Assembly (NCBI GenBank): GCA_009103225.1
Contig: RHPI01000277.1
Span: forward strand, 82,652 to 146,651
From: Chlorokybus atmophyticus
Lineage: Eukaryota > Plantae > Mesostigma and Chlorokybus algae
Direction: 5' to 3'
DNA: 64,000 nucleotides
Part shown: positions 24,297-47,810 of the stretch, piece by piece
Numbering within the stretch: the first letter of the stretch is position 1
Layout: every line of letters begins with the position of its first letter
Program-made: the position numbers and the translations under genes
Notes under the pieces: model-generated
The model's database searches: none
What the model saw: the letters and a program-made list of their open reading frames with translations, nothing else
Told to the model about the DNA's origin: nothing

Positions 24297-27200
24297 NAAC
24301 ACCAGGTACGAAAGCTGCAGCGCGGATAGTAAGAAGAGCACTAGCAGGTTTGTGTATGAGCATGACACTGCTTATGATAGGATAAAGTGCGCTACAGCTT
24401 GAGACTTTAGGTCTTCTGTAGCATGCGCTTAGAGCACACCTACCATGCGGAAATATCAATAACGGCCGAGACGTGTCCCTCTTTTCAGCAATAATACACT
24501 GCACGTGTGACATTTACAGCAAATCCTTGTTGGTTAGGCCGCGTGCAGACGCATGCGTGCGCACGCACCAATCCAATAGATGGACTGAGACGTCCGCAGG
24601 GCGAATGTTCATAAACAGCTTATCAGCTCTCATTTCAGAAGGCTACCAGTCTGGTGATTGGAGGCCTTTCAAGCAGCCGCTGTTGCCGCAATAATATGCA
24701 TGTTGCAATACATGTGTTGGCAGGTGGACACCTTGCAGTTGATTGACCAACCGTAACCAGCACGGCAGTGTAACGCAAGCAAGAAAGGCTCAGCGTAAGT
24801 CACCATTATGATGAACGCATTGCAACCATCTGTCAGTTTCATTGGCAGGAGAGATGCGACTGCGGGGGCTACATATTCTGCCGCACCCTACTTCTGCTTC
24901 TGACTTGCTCGCACGCACGCAAGCTGTCTGCGTTTAACGGCATATGTATCTGGGTGAGTCCGTGGTTTCTGGCACATGCACTGGTACTTGCACTTTACAA
25001 GGACACTGCATAAGGTGCAGCACAGTCGCACCAGCGCTCACCGTCAAAGTGAGGTAGCCCCAGAACACGTGCACAGCACAGAACTGTACAGCATCCCTGC
25101 TGCACCACGCACGCACAATAAGACACTGGTCAGCAAGTGACGCCTTGCATGCGTGCGCGCCCGCGCTGTTGTTATGGCTGTCTGTGTGCACCGGGGAGGG
25201 GAGGGGTAACATGTGGGCATGCGTGTCCTTAAGTTTGTTCGCATGCAGGTATGTACAAAGACGTGGGCGTGTTTGTGCACGTGGGCATGGGTGTAAGTTT
25301 TTGACCGTGGGTCGGTGCGTGGTTATGTGGTTAGAGCGATGCGAGCGTGTATGTCTAGGCGCAAAAGGGGGGAAGAGTGGTGCGTGAGCATGCATGCGTG
25401 TGTGTGTGGCAGGGCCCCAGGGGGGGTATGCGTGCATGCGTCGCCGTGAGCGTGTGCTTACCCGCGTGCGTGCAGGTGTGTAGAAGGCTTGTGCAGGTGC
25501 GTGGGCGTGGGCCCCATGCCACATGCATGGGTGGTACGGTGCCGCTCATGCACCCGGGGTAGGTGCGCACACGTCTGGGCGGGTGGTGGTGGTGGAATGC
25601 GTGCATGCGCGTCACGAGCATGTTTGTTTGTGTTCCTAATGCCACATGCAGGTGTGGGTGTGTGCGCTCCGGTGTGTGTGAGGCGCATGCGCGCAGCGGT
25701 GTGCATGTGGGTGTATTGGTCGGTACGGGTTTGGGCGCACGTGTGCGCATTAGTTGGTAAGAGAGTGTCAGTGGGCCTGTGGGTTGGTGTGGTGCGTGTG
25801 GGTAGGTGGTTGTCAGTGCGTGCATTTGTGTATAATTTGGCGGAAAGGGGTGGGTGGGGAGAGGCCTTCGAGGTGCCGCGCAGTGCTGCACGTGGAGGGT
25901 GGCACTCTCCACGTCACGGCTACGGACCACCATGATGACCAGATATAAGTGCAGGTAGGATGTTGTTGTAGCGTGCTGTCTGCATGGAGGGTACCATTCT
26001 CAACCACTCATTTGCCTGTTCCTGATGACACCCATTGGTATGCAGTGGTTGTTGCAGACGCTACATAAGCATAGTATGCAGCAGGTTGAACGGTTCTGAA
26101 GACGAGGGGTGAAGCGGTAACGATGGCAACTTTGGCTTGTGTGGAGTGTGCATTTGCGCCATGTAGTTGGTGGCAAGCACGTGGAGCGTGTTGTAACTGA
26201 CAGTAAGCGATCGGCGCTGTTGAGCTCGTATACATGTGTATATTAACATGATTTGCTTGGTTGAATGACTTGCTGAGCACGATCACATTGCACTCAACTA
26301 GCTCAGCCATTGTTGATGGTTCTGTGTTCAGACGGTGCGACTGTGTTGGCTACAGGTAGCCAGTACAAATAAGCTGCAGGTTACCTGCTGCTTTGCATAC
26401 ACGCGGGCATGCCGTGGGTTGCACGCACCACGCATGCACATGCAAACTGTATATGCTTGATCGCAGCTGGGCATCCATGAGTGCATAACATCCGGCACGC
26501 GCACGCTCACATGCACTTGCACTCACACTTGTATACTACAGGATACGGCATGAGGCGCAGCGCATCCGCACCACCGCTCACCTCCGCCGCGATATAGTCC
26601 TTGATCCTTGTAGATGTGACGTAGTCCCAAAACCCGCACGCATGGCACAGCACTGTACAAAACACTATGATGCATGCAGGAGTACATTGACTGTTTAACG
26701 AGTGACACAGCACAATGGTGTGCCAGTATAGCAGGGCTGGTTGTGGTTTCCGCGGCAGGGAGTAAGGAGCGGTGGTGGGCTCTCTGCTGAAGCAACAACC
26801 GCAACCGCAGTGTAGTGTTTTCCTACCTATTACCGCCACTGAACCACACAACAGTCGTTGCAGAACTGAGTCATGAAAGCATCCAACAAGTGGAAGCAAA
26901 ATCCAAGTGCAGTTGCAAGCAGACACAACCCAACCGCACAGGATGATGCTGAAGCCTCCTAACACCGTCGGCCACGAACATAAAGTGCATTCGGCGGCAT
27001 GCCAACCAATACAGCTTGCCTTAGCCGGCAGCACTACATTTCCCGGGGGGGGGGGGGGGGGGGGNNNNNNNNNNNNNNNNNNNNNNNNNNNNNNNNNNNN
27101 NNNNNNNNNNNNNNNNNNNNNNNNNNNNNNNNNNNNNNNNNNNNNNNNNNNNNNNNNNNNNNNNNNNNNNNNNNNNNNNNNNNNNNNNNNNNNNNNNNNN

Positions 27201-28739
27201 NNNNNNNNNNNNNNNNNNNNNNNNNNNNNNNNNNNNNNNNNNNNNNNNNNNNNNNNNNNNNNNNNNNNNNNNNNNNNNNNNNNNNNNNNNNNNNNNNNNN
27301 NNNNNNNNNNNNNNNNNNNNNNNNNNNNNNNNNNNNNNNNNNNNNNNNNNNNNNNNNNNNNNNNNTGCCCGGGGGGGGGGGGGGGGGGGGGGGGGGGCTG
27401 CATTTGTAAGTGTGGGTCATGGTGTTGGTGGATGTGTACAAGAGCTAGCATGCTACATTAGTAGCATGCCTTGTGTCAAGCACACAATGTCATGTACAAC
27501 ATCCAGCAGTCACACATGCCATTGCATGCGTACACATCAGCAATTTACCATTGGGCTGCCAACTGTACCTAACACATAAAGCCCCTACTCCGTTAGTCAC
27601 TTAAACATGCAAAGTGTCCAGCAATCACATGCGCATGCGCCTTATGTGGGAGGGGCGGGGGGCGATGCGTGTGTTGTGAGTATGTGCGCACCCATGCACA
27701 CAAAATGCAGGACACGCACGTGCGGGTGTGTAGAAAGATGTGTTTGTGTGTGGGTAAAAGTTCTCAGAATTAATGTAGCAGTCCTTGATGCATCTATTAC
27801 GAATATACAAAGGCTATTGTTACAGTCGTAACCACTACTGCTTATGCTGCCATAACCATCGCATGTAGTGGGCGTTCCGCAAGCAAAGACGTCATTGACC
27901 TCATTGAGTCGTATGGCGTACTTTATAATGCATGCTGAGTGTGTGTGCATGATAAGCGCACTGTATGCATAGTGTTATGCATGCCATACATGCAACAACT
28001 CACTCACAATGCATAGACAACACATGCAAACAAAGTACGAGAGTCGTCGTTGATTGCGGAAAATAATGTGAAAGACTCCTTCCACTGAGACTCATTCCCA
28101 TATTATAATTACATATATTAAGTGCTATGTTTTGAGCATCATTAGCAATATTGTCAATTCACACGAGGCCAATCTTATATCAAGAATGGGCCAACTACTA
28201 CGTAAATAGACAATACGCATGGGTTTGTGTGAGTACACCTTGCACTTATCAATGCAACATGTTGTTTGTTATCTTGCGATAGTACTTAAAGCTTACATAC
28301 ACCAACGTAAGTTGTAAACATCATTGCTGATTGAACAAAAATGCGACATCTTGTTTTCAATCATCTAAATGTCAGTGCTCCCAATTTAGCACACCGGTTG
28401 CGCATTCAAGAATGACGATGTGAATCCACAAAGAGGAAAAGCGCATATAGTGAAAGCTGTTAAGGCATAATTGAACGAAAGTGTAACCTATACATGTTGA
28501 TAAACCCATTTGAGCATTTACTCACAAGGTGTGTATGTTGGACGCAGAAGTCAATTTTGCTAGCCCATATCACAATGCGCTTGTTCTTACTTATGACATC
28601 AACCGCTCCGTTTCATAGATGTTGGATGTATGCACATAAAAGTCCACGCGAAATCGTTCTTTAGCCTACCCTACACTTTTAGGCTAAAAGTTTAGGCTAC
28701 TGCCTTCATAGTTTTGACCAGATCGTTATTGTGTCATGA

Positions 28740-32880
<4,141 letters not shown>

Positions 32881-34169
32881 GTAAATGAAGGCCAATTCTT
32901 CTTCTTCGCAACCTCGCTTAATTGCTTGAGTTCTGTTAAAGCTTTTGTGATTTTGCGTGTATGAGCCTTGGATCGTGAACTCGCAGAGCTTATGTTGATG
33001 TAAAAAGTGACTCAGCAAGGACATGTTTGAGTAGTGTATTTGTATTAAAACTCATTATTACTCACGTTTAATTTATAACAACAGTCTTGTAATTGTTTGC
33101 CAAGCTAAGAAAGTCATGCACTCAGAAGCTGGATTGTAAAGTATACTTTTGGGTTGAAACATGTCATTTATGGCGCACTATCATAGCATTATACGGTGCC
33201 GTTGGTGGTTGAAGACGTCGCTGTAACGTCCTCGCACAAGTGTGCTACTTGTTATATATATATATATATATCAAGCAACCACTTACCTAAATTGGCAATT
33301 GATTACGTTTGATGTGTAATCTCAAGCAATCATCGTTCTAACATACGTGCTATGTCTTGCCCGTATGTGGAAAATACACAACTCACGCACAAAGGTTATT
33401 ACAATAAAATGTATGTGCTACACCAAAGTTTCAGCAGCTTGAATGTTGCATCTTTCAGTTTTGTGCATCGATTGAATTATGCAATGTGCCATTGTATATG
33501 TATGAAAGAACACATATGCAATGTGCCATATTTTTGGTAACACAGTTATCAAATGTGCCATATTGGCCATATGCGGCCGCTATTTGCATAGCATTGTAGG
33601 CAACTCAAATTACAAAAATATAAGTGCGTAATTCGAGAGCTACAAGCCACCACCACAAGCCACTAAAATGCTCGACAATGCATTAACAAGCAATTTTATT
33701 ATGTGCAGTAGTTTGCTGACATGAATCTTAGCACCGCTGCCTGCGACTTGCCTACTACGGAGTTTACTGTAACCCTTGTGCTTTATGTGTACATATGAAA
33801 GTGTTACTTGCTATATTATCGAGCGCTAATCCTTGTTTGCATTGATTGCAAAATTCCATGGGTATTGCCATGATAGCATTGCATGAATGCAATACATCAT
33901 AACATAATACGCCGCCAATGCAACCAAACGTAACACACAGTATGACTTGAGAAAGGCAGACAACATAATCATCATCAAGCTGTTAAACTGAAGGAAAATA
34001 CTTGTGGCACCATTAACATAAAATCTGCCTATTGTATACATGTAAACGTCAAGTTGGAGGCAATCTGGCCCTACCGTTAATCATACCGCTACATTGAATA
34101 AAACGCTGAACGCGTGAGGTTCAGCTTAGCAAGGCCTTGTCAAGCTTTGGAAAAATTGCGTGGTTTCGA

Positions 34170-35160
34170 CAACGGAAACTTGCCGTCACAACTGTCAGCT
34201 ATGCACCCTACAAAGCGTCCCTAAACGTGAATGAGACTGTCAGAAGACTTAATCAACCTTAGCACAGAGTCTTGCGCAGCGGCAATTTGCGCCGTGCGAG
34301 TGTGGTGTTGTGTGTGGGTCGAACTTGTTGCGCCGCAGCGCCTTATTGGCAAGCAAGGGGGTCATATGCGACGGGCCAAGGTGCCGGCGGTGTGCATGCC
34401 ACAAAATGGGTGAGGAGCAGCTTTCAGCTATCATGGACAAGCTGAAGGCGCTGCTTGTGTTGACAGTTTGGTCCGTCTCAGCGTGCATGGTTCACGCAGC
34501 CTTCTCTTGCGATGGGTTTGGTCGCTGGTTGTTTGAGCATGCCTGTGGGCATGCTTCCACAGCTACTACCGTTTAGCGGTGTTGAGTTGGGCCAGCTTGG
34601 CTATGTGCAAGTTTGCCTTCATCGTCCACGCCAGTTGACTGTATGCCTTGGTGTCCGCTGGCATGCTGTGATTTGGCATGCTCTTGAAGGTAGCAGCAGA
34701 TGAGGCAGCTGGTGCCTGTGGGTGATTGAGCAAAGTCAAATCGCATAGATCCGGTAATATACGCTCACCTGCAGCTGTGCAGTGCAATGCGCACTGCAAG
34801 GTACTGCCACCTTGCAGTGTGCATTGCGGTCATCCAGCTGTCTCGCTCTTGGATGTGCGTGGCACAGCGAGGAATGCTGTTGTTGCGTGCATCACCTACT
34901 CGCGGTAGAGATGAGGTGCGTTGTGCTGTGCGCCACATCAGGCGGTGTCAGGCAAGTGAGGTGCGGGGGAAGGGGGAAGTGCGTGGCACACACTGTGTGT
35001 TGAATATGGGTACAGTGACTGTACGGTGTGCACTGCCCAGTTCCGCACACATACCTGTGTTGTGCATGTGCGGCTGGATGGGTGCTTAAACGGACGCATG
35101 TGGGGTTATGCAGTGCAATACCCTCATCTTCGCATGGTGGCAAAGCAGGTCCAGCTCACA
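34170..35160 (+). pseudogene. Truncated array copy 6a (5' ~1 kb only)
   Basis: Contains MGEEQLSAIMDKLKALLVL at 34407, then restarts with the upstream motif (taggagcaagtcgc...gtccccagaagggaatacaaaccctaa) at ~35163. Confidence 0.6.
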
Positions 35161-35162
35161 AT

Positions 35163-38100
35163 AGGAGCAAGTCGCTTGCGATTCATAACCGTCCCCAGAA
35201 GGGAATACAAACCCTAACTCCGAAGCTGCTTGCGCTGCGGCAGTGCGCGAAAGCAGCTTGTGAGTGGGCAGTGTGGGGCGTTGCGTCACAACTTGGCGTG
35301 GGTCGGTGGCCAGTCGCTGGCGTGCACAGCTTGGGGGCCGCAGCGCTCTCAAGGATGGAGGCAGGCAGAGTGGGTCAGAGGCGGCTGTATGCATGAGAAG
35401 CACAAGCTGGTTGAGGAGGGGTTAGCTGCAGGACAAGATGGAGGCGCTGCTTGTATCAACTTACTGACTCATATGACATGGGCAACGCTTAGTTTGATGT
35501 CAAGCTAACATTAATTGCTTTGGACCAAGCGTGTATGGTCACGCAGCCTTCTGTTGCGTGCCTGTGGGCATGCTTGTGGCTTGGTTCAGTTGTTACCATT
35601 GAGTGGTAGTTTGACTTTGGCTGTATATGCTTGGGAGCCTCTGTCCGCTTGCAGTAGACCTTGGTGTCTGCTCGCATTCTGCGCCACAGTGTTTTTGCCT
35701 GCCCTAACCTTTGACCACAAGCTGCCTTGGCAGCAGCAGACAAGGCACCTTGTGCCTGTATCTGAGCAGATCCACTCGCATAGATCCGTTAAGCTAACTC
35801 TTACTGCAGGTGTGCCACAGTTGCAATGCAAGGTGCTGCCATAGCACTGTGCATCGCGGCCATCAAGCTGTCTTGGTCTCGAATGTGCGTGGTGCAGCGA
35901 GGAGTGCTGCACTGCGTGCAGAGATGAGTGGCGGCTCATTGTGCTGAGCTACAATAGGGGGTGTCAGGCAGGTGAGGTGGGGCGGGGGAGGGAGTGTGTG
36001 GGGCTCAGTGTGTGCCACAAACTCGGCAGTGAGTGTGCACTAAGTGCCCTGTTGCGTCTGTTGTACACAGACGCGAGTTACGCACGTGCATGTGTATGTG
36101 CATGTGGCTGAGTGCTTGGGCGCACGTGTGTGGGAGGTTATGCAGTGCACTAAGGTCAACTGAATGCACTGCCGCATGCTGCAGCAAACTTGGAGGCAAA
36201 ACCATCGGCGCACATTGACGTGCCTGCTGCCCCAGGTGCTTTGCATATACGGCTGCGCTGATCCCAAAAGCCATGCACACCTGCGTACACACATGCACAT
36301 GACCAGCTGGCAAGGGTTTGGAGTAAGTGGTAAAAGCTATCCTAATCAGACAGCCGCTGTGAGTTGTGACGCTGCCATTATTGCTCAGCAGTGATTCTGT
36401 GTAACTGCATGCGAATACCTGCCAACACAGTTGAGCTGACTGCAGCATTGCTGTGTTGTGTGCGCTGGCGCTACAAAAATCATGTTTGACAACTGTGTTA
36501 CTGACACGGTTGGTAACACAGCTGTTGACAGGTGTCCGACTGCAGATGGTAATGTTGAAGCTGCAAACTGTGAATGGAATGGCAACCATGTAACGCACAA
36601 GCACATGCACACCCGCCCAAGCGTGTATCAATATGCGTGTGCGCAAGTGCACCCACACACACACAGGTTTAATCACTCCACACTTAGATGTACACACTCC
36701 ATTGTGCGTGTGCACACACTACGCAGCAACACATGCCATTCACTGACATGTGCTCGCATTGCAGGCTTTGATCTGACCCCGCAACAGGTCGCGGACGCGC
36801 TCATGATGCGCCTGCGCAGGCTTACCTCAATCGAAGCTGGCAAGGTCAAGGCAGAGTTGAAGGTCTCGAACTCCAAAAGTAAACAACCTCAACAGCCTAT
36901 CGTCGGAAGAAAAGCCACGTGCTGGAGGTAACACGCATAGTACAAGTGGGCATTGATGCTGATGGAGATTAACAGTGGTTTCTAAACCACACGTGTGCAA
37001 TCCTTGATTAGGTCATGAAGTCAGTCGCTTTGAAGCTGAAGTGGAAGTACAGCATACCTAAAAAATCCAAAGTGCAGAATGTCCTTGTCATCCGGGATGA
37101 CAGCGAGCTTGGGGAGTGAGCATTGAAAACAGCTTCGTCGCCCTGAGCAAGCGCGGGTACATTAAGCGCGTGCTGGCAGACACCTTGCGACAGCAGCGCG
37201 TGGCACGTGCGGGAATGCGGCCGCAATGATGGCATGAGTCACCTGTGCGCGATGAGCAAACAGATGCGCTGCTGTTCTTCAGGTGTGGTCACCTGTGTGC
37301 AGTAAGTACGTCTTTTCCAGAGCACACACAGCTGTCGGCCTCACGCGTGCAGTCATGGCAGACACAAGGGCTATGTGTACTTCCTGTATGGCCATCAGAC
37401 CCAAAGACCTCGTGCGCGTCTTCTGGTACACCTGTTTTCTCCAGGCAGATTGACATGTTTCTGGCTTGGATTGGCTGTGTGTTGTGAGTTTGTATGGCTG
37501 TGAGCTCGTACATTTTTGTTATTGCGTGCATGCGTGCGCTGCATGCATATCAATATGCGTTGTATAGGGGTGTCTGGCTGATAAACATCCCGCGGACAAC
37601 ATTGCATGCTTACGGTGTCATCTTTAGAATTGGTGGCTACGCTAGTCATGGTGATGACCAACGGCTTCATCAAGCGCCTCGCAGTTGCAGGACATCCGCT
37701 CTTCGGGTCTGGTGGCTTTGCAACTGAATAATGACGACGAGCTGCGGTGGGTCCAGTCTGCCTATGATGGCAATAGCATTGTCATCGGCGCGTCCGACGG
37801 ACAAGGCATCCACCTCACCATTGATGAAGATCATGTAAGCTTCTTTGGCAACACATCCAGGTATCATTGCCAAGCACACATTACTGTCAGTGCGCGTGCA
37901 TGTGCATGCTTAGTGGGACGCGTGCGCGTGTACATGCGCGCTTGTGCGTGTGGCATGCGCGCCATGCATCAAGGAGCCCACATCACTTTGATGGACATCA
38001 TCCCGCAGGCTGCAATGCCTGTCTAGCGTTCTCTTTTCCCAAGCTAACTGCAGCACAACTGAGGTAGCATACACTACAGCTATGTAAAGGTGCGAGCGAG

Positions 38101-41100
38101 CTTGCCCCATAGTTGGCAATTTCTGCATTGCAACACTGTGCGCATGGTACAGGTGCGTGCAGGTAAGTGTCTACGCAGGCTTGAAGCCTTTGGTAGCCTT
38201 GTCAATGATTACGCTGCTGGCTGGCGCTGAACTCAACAACTGCATAGTGATAGGGGTGGCAGACACCACCACTGGATAGCTTCCTGATGTGGTATCGGTG
38301 CACTTCTTGCGGCCCTGCCACGTGCACTTGTAGTTCGCCCCAAACCCATTGCCTTTGCAACAGATAGTTGGCGCAGACAGAGCGTTCAGCAAGGCCAATA
38401 CGCATCACGTGAGGTGACAAGCTTCTGTGCTTTGCACTTGCAGAAAACCCAGGACACTGCCAATATACTGCTACGTTACTTTGTGCTACAGTGTGCCTGG
38501 CTACCATACAGCAATGCTGTAGCGGTGCTTGTCGACTCGAGTGGCATCATACGCAAAGAGCGTCCACATGCAGGCTGCCAGTTCCTTTTTGCTATCCTTC
38601 GCATCTGCAGTAAGTCCTCCCACCAACTTTATGAGAAGCGCTGCTGGTCACTTGGCATGGAGGAGTCGCTGGGCGTCTGTGGCGCAACGATTCTGTGACA
38701 CCATTGCCGTAATCCTGGAGGACCAGCTCGCCTTGGCCACCTCGCAAGCGTGCAGGTACTACTACTAGCAGTAGATCTGTGAGCAGTGCTAGTAGTCGTA
38801 GCGCTGCAGTTGCCACGCGCGCACGAATGCACGCATAAAGACAGAGAGCTCGAGAGAAAGAGAGAGGATGTGTGTGTGTGTGGGTTTGGTTTGGGCGGGG
38901 GGGGGGGGGGGGGGGGGGANNNNNNNNNNNNNNNNNNNNNNNNNNNNNNNNNNNNNNNNNNNNNNNNNNNNNNNNNNNNNNNNNNNNNNNNNNNNNNNNN
39001 NNNNNNNNNNNNNNNNNNNNNNNNNNNNNNNNNNNNNNNNNNNNNNNNNNNNNNNNNNNNNNNNNNNNNNNNNNNNNNNNNNNNNNNNNNNNNNNNNNNN
39101 NNNNNNNNNNNNNNNNNNNNNNNNNNNNNNNNNNNNNNNNNNNNNNNNNNNNNNNNNNNNNNNNNNNNNNNNNNNNNNNNNNNNNNNNNNNNNNNNNNNN
39201 NNNNNNNNNNNNNNNNNNNNNNNNNNNNNNNNNNNNNNNNNNNNNNNNNNNNNNNNNNNNNNNNNNNNNNNNNNNNNNNNNNNNNNNNNNNNNNNNNNNN
39301 NNNNNNNNNNGGGGGGGGGGGGGGGGGGGGAGAGAAGTTATATGTGTGTAAGCGCAGTTGCACTGCGCTTGCGCTCTCGCACTCATAAAGCTCTTGCGCA
39401 AGTGCGGGGAACACACGGCACGTCCGCTAGCTCGTTGCAGTGCTAGTAGTACTAGAATTACTACTGCTAGGACCAGGACTATCCGTCATAACAGTAGTAC
39501 CGCTACTACCAGTGTTACTACTAGTAGTGATGGACTGTACAAGTAGCAGTATAATTCAGTGGTACGACTAGTAGCACAGCATCTGGTGAGAGGCCTCCAT
39601 CATTCTCATCATGGCATTGTTTTGTGCAACATCCATGCAGGGGTAAAGAGCTTTAAGCTCCGAGAGCGGCGCTCTCACATGCAGACACAAGAGGCCTAGC
39701 CGACTGCAACACGGCATTGCCGCCACGGCTTTGTCATCTCAAGGCGGATGCAAGCGTGCTGCGAGGTACAAACCCTGAGCTCGCCATAGCCATGTTGACG
39801 TACAAAAGACGAATGCAACCGTTCCAAAGACAACATCACGTACAAGAGGCGCAGCTCAGCGTGCGCCAATAGCACACAGTGCGAAGGCAAGAGCAGCTGC
39901 TACAAGGCTGTTGCGTCATCAGACCGCAAGCTGATGGCCGTCCTGCTATCGTTTCGCTCCAACTGCTGGTGCGTGTGCATGCGTGCATCTGGAGTCAGTG
40001 TGATCAACCACGATATACTGTCACTGTAGAAGTGGGACTGAGGTCTCAGCCGTTGTTGTTGGTTCTGCCTTGTGCACGGTGCGACTGTGCAGGCTACCTG
40101 TTCTGCCGCACCGTACCATTGCTTATGACACGCATGCTGCAGTGGGTGGCACGCACGCGCACATGCCAACTGTGTGTCTGGTCGCACCTGGGCATCTGGG
40201 GTGAGTGCACAGCATCTGGTGCATGCGCTTGCACCGCGCACACGCGCAATCTACAGGGATTGCATGGCTCGTCACCACCGCACCACCGCTCGCCTGCACG
40301 GTGAGGTAATCCCAGGATCCGCAGGGAACGGCAATGTACAGGTATTCTTGCCGCACCATGCCCGCACGCATGCAGGAACACACTGGCTGTACCAAATAGA
40401 CGCATCACATTGGGGGATGCGTGCATGTCTGTCGGTGTGGCTGTGTGTGTATGCCAGGGAGGAGCGCGGGGCATGCGCGTGCGCAAGTATGCAGCTGTGT
40501 AGAAAAGCGTGGGCGCGGCCGCGGGGGGGGGGGGNNNNNNNNNNNNNNNNNNNNNNNNNNNNNNNNNNNNNNNNNNNNNNNNNNNNNNNNNNNNNNNNNN
40601 NNNNNNNNNNNNNNNNNNNNNNNNNNNNNNNNNNNNNNNNNNNNNNNNNNNNNNNNNNNNNNNNNNNNNNNNNNNNNNNNNNNNNNNNNNNNNNNNNNNN
40701 NNNNNNNNNNNNNNNNNNNNNNNNNNNNNNNNNNNNNNNNNNNNNNNNNNNNNNNNNNNNNNNNNNNNNNNNNNNNNNNNNNNNNNNNNNNNNNNNNNNN
40801 NNNNNNNNNNNNNNNNNNNNNNNNNNNNNNNNNNNNNNNNNNNNNNNNNNNNNNNNNNNNNNNNNNNNNNNNNNNNNNNNNNNNNNNNNNNNNNNNNNNN
40901 NNNNNNNNNNNNNNNNNNNNNNNNNNNNNNNNNNNNNNNNNNNNNNNNNNNNNNNNNNNNNNNNNNNNNNNNNNNNNNNNNNNNNNNNNNNNNNNNNNNN
41001 NNNNNNNNNNNNNNNNNNNNNNNNNNNNNNNNNNNNNNNNNNNNNNNNNNNNNNNNNNNNNNNNNNNNNNNNNNNNNNNNNNNNNNNNNNNNNNNNNNNN

Positions 41101-41400
41101 NNNNNNNNNNNNNNNNNNNNNNNNNNNNNNNNNGGGAGGGGGATGGGCGTGCGCGAGCCATTGTGCGTGCGTGTATGTGTCTAGGTGCGCGTATTGGAGC
41201 GTTGGCACAGGCGCAGGCGTGGGCGCGTAGGTCATGTGGATATGTGGGTAGGTGGGTGCACACGTATGCATGTGTGCACGTCTGGGCAGCAGAGAGGGGA
41301 GGGTTGTCAAGGTGATGCGGTTTGCCCTCAACGTCACAGCTACCATCATTATGATAAACGTGGCTAATTAATGGCATGATGATGTGGTCGCGTGCTATCT
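35163..41400 (+). pseudogene. Array copy 6b (interrupted by GyrA fragment)
   Basis: Landmarks at 35190, 38390, 38741, 39595; telo-box AAACCCTAA at 35209-35217. Confidence 0.55.
36765..38025 (+). pseudogene. gyrA: Intron-containing internal fragment of organellar DNA gyrase subunit A (end of breakage-reunion domain plus first CTD blades), frameshifted
   Basis: Successive exon-like blocks: FDLTPQQVADALMMRLRRLTSIEAGKVKAEL (36765-); VMKSVALKLKWKYSIPKKS..ALSKRGYIKRV..DALLFF (37012-37282); KGYVY..PKTSCASSGTPV (~37365-37442); LVMVMTNGFIKRL (~37635-37680); DIRSSGLVALQLNNDDELRWV (37690-37834, ends cat|gtaagc); ITLMDIIP (~37980-38005). The order matches plant-type GyrA. Stops and frameshifts present; no start, active-site Tyr region or C-terminus. 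Confidence 0.85.
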
Positions 41401-41954
41401 GCGCGGAGGGCACTACTCAATAGTAATCCTAGTAATAGTAGTAGCTACAATGCAATAAACTACAGGTAATCAAGTCATGTTTGCCACCTGTGTGGTTGCA
41501 AGAACACGTGTTATATAAATGTTCAAAATCAGTATTATCTTATATCAATGAAGGTGATGCACTTTTGTGTAGGTACAGGTTATCCTCATCAAGAAATTTA
41601 ATGCTTGAGGATCAAGCCGCTAACGTCACACAATAAGATAATCGAGCGCTTTTGTGGCCAAGAGTTGGTAGCTGAAAAAGTCACATAAAATCTATAGTTG
41701 AAAGTGCAATGGTTTGCATTTTCTATTAGGCGGTTTAGCAAGCTTCATACCAACACGTCATACCCTCGCTTATTGCACGAAGATTTGTGAACGACAAGCA
41801 TGAAGAGAACAACCCCATTGATGGAATGATATATTGCAAGTGCAACATAACTCTTATAACAGAGGTTTAAACCCGCTATTATGGCTGTAAGTCCCACATA
41901 TAAATTGTATTATACAATGGCGGCGTAAGTCCCTTATAAGCCTGTGTATCGCAT

Positions 41955-47810
<5,856 letters not shown>

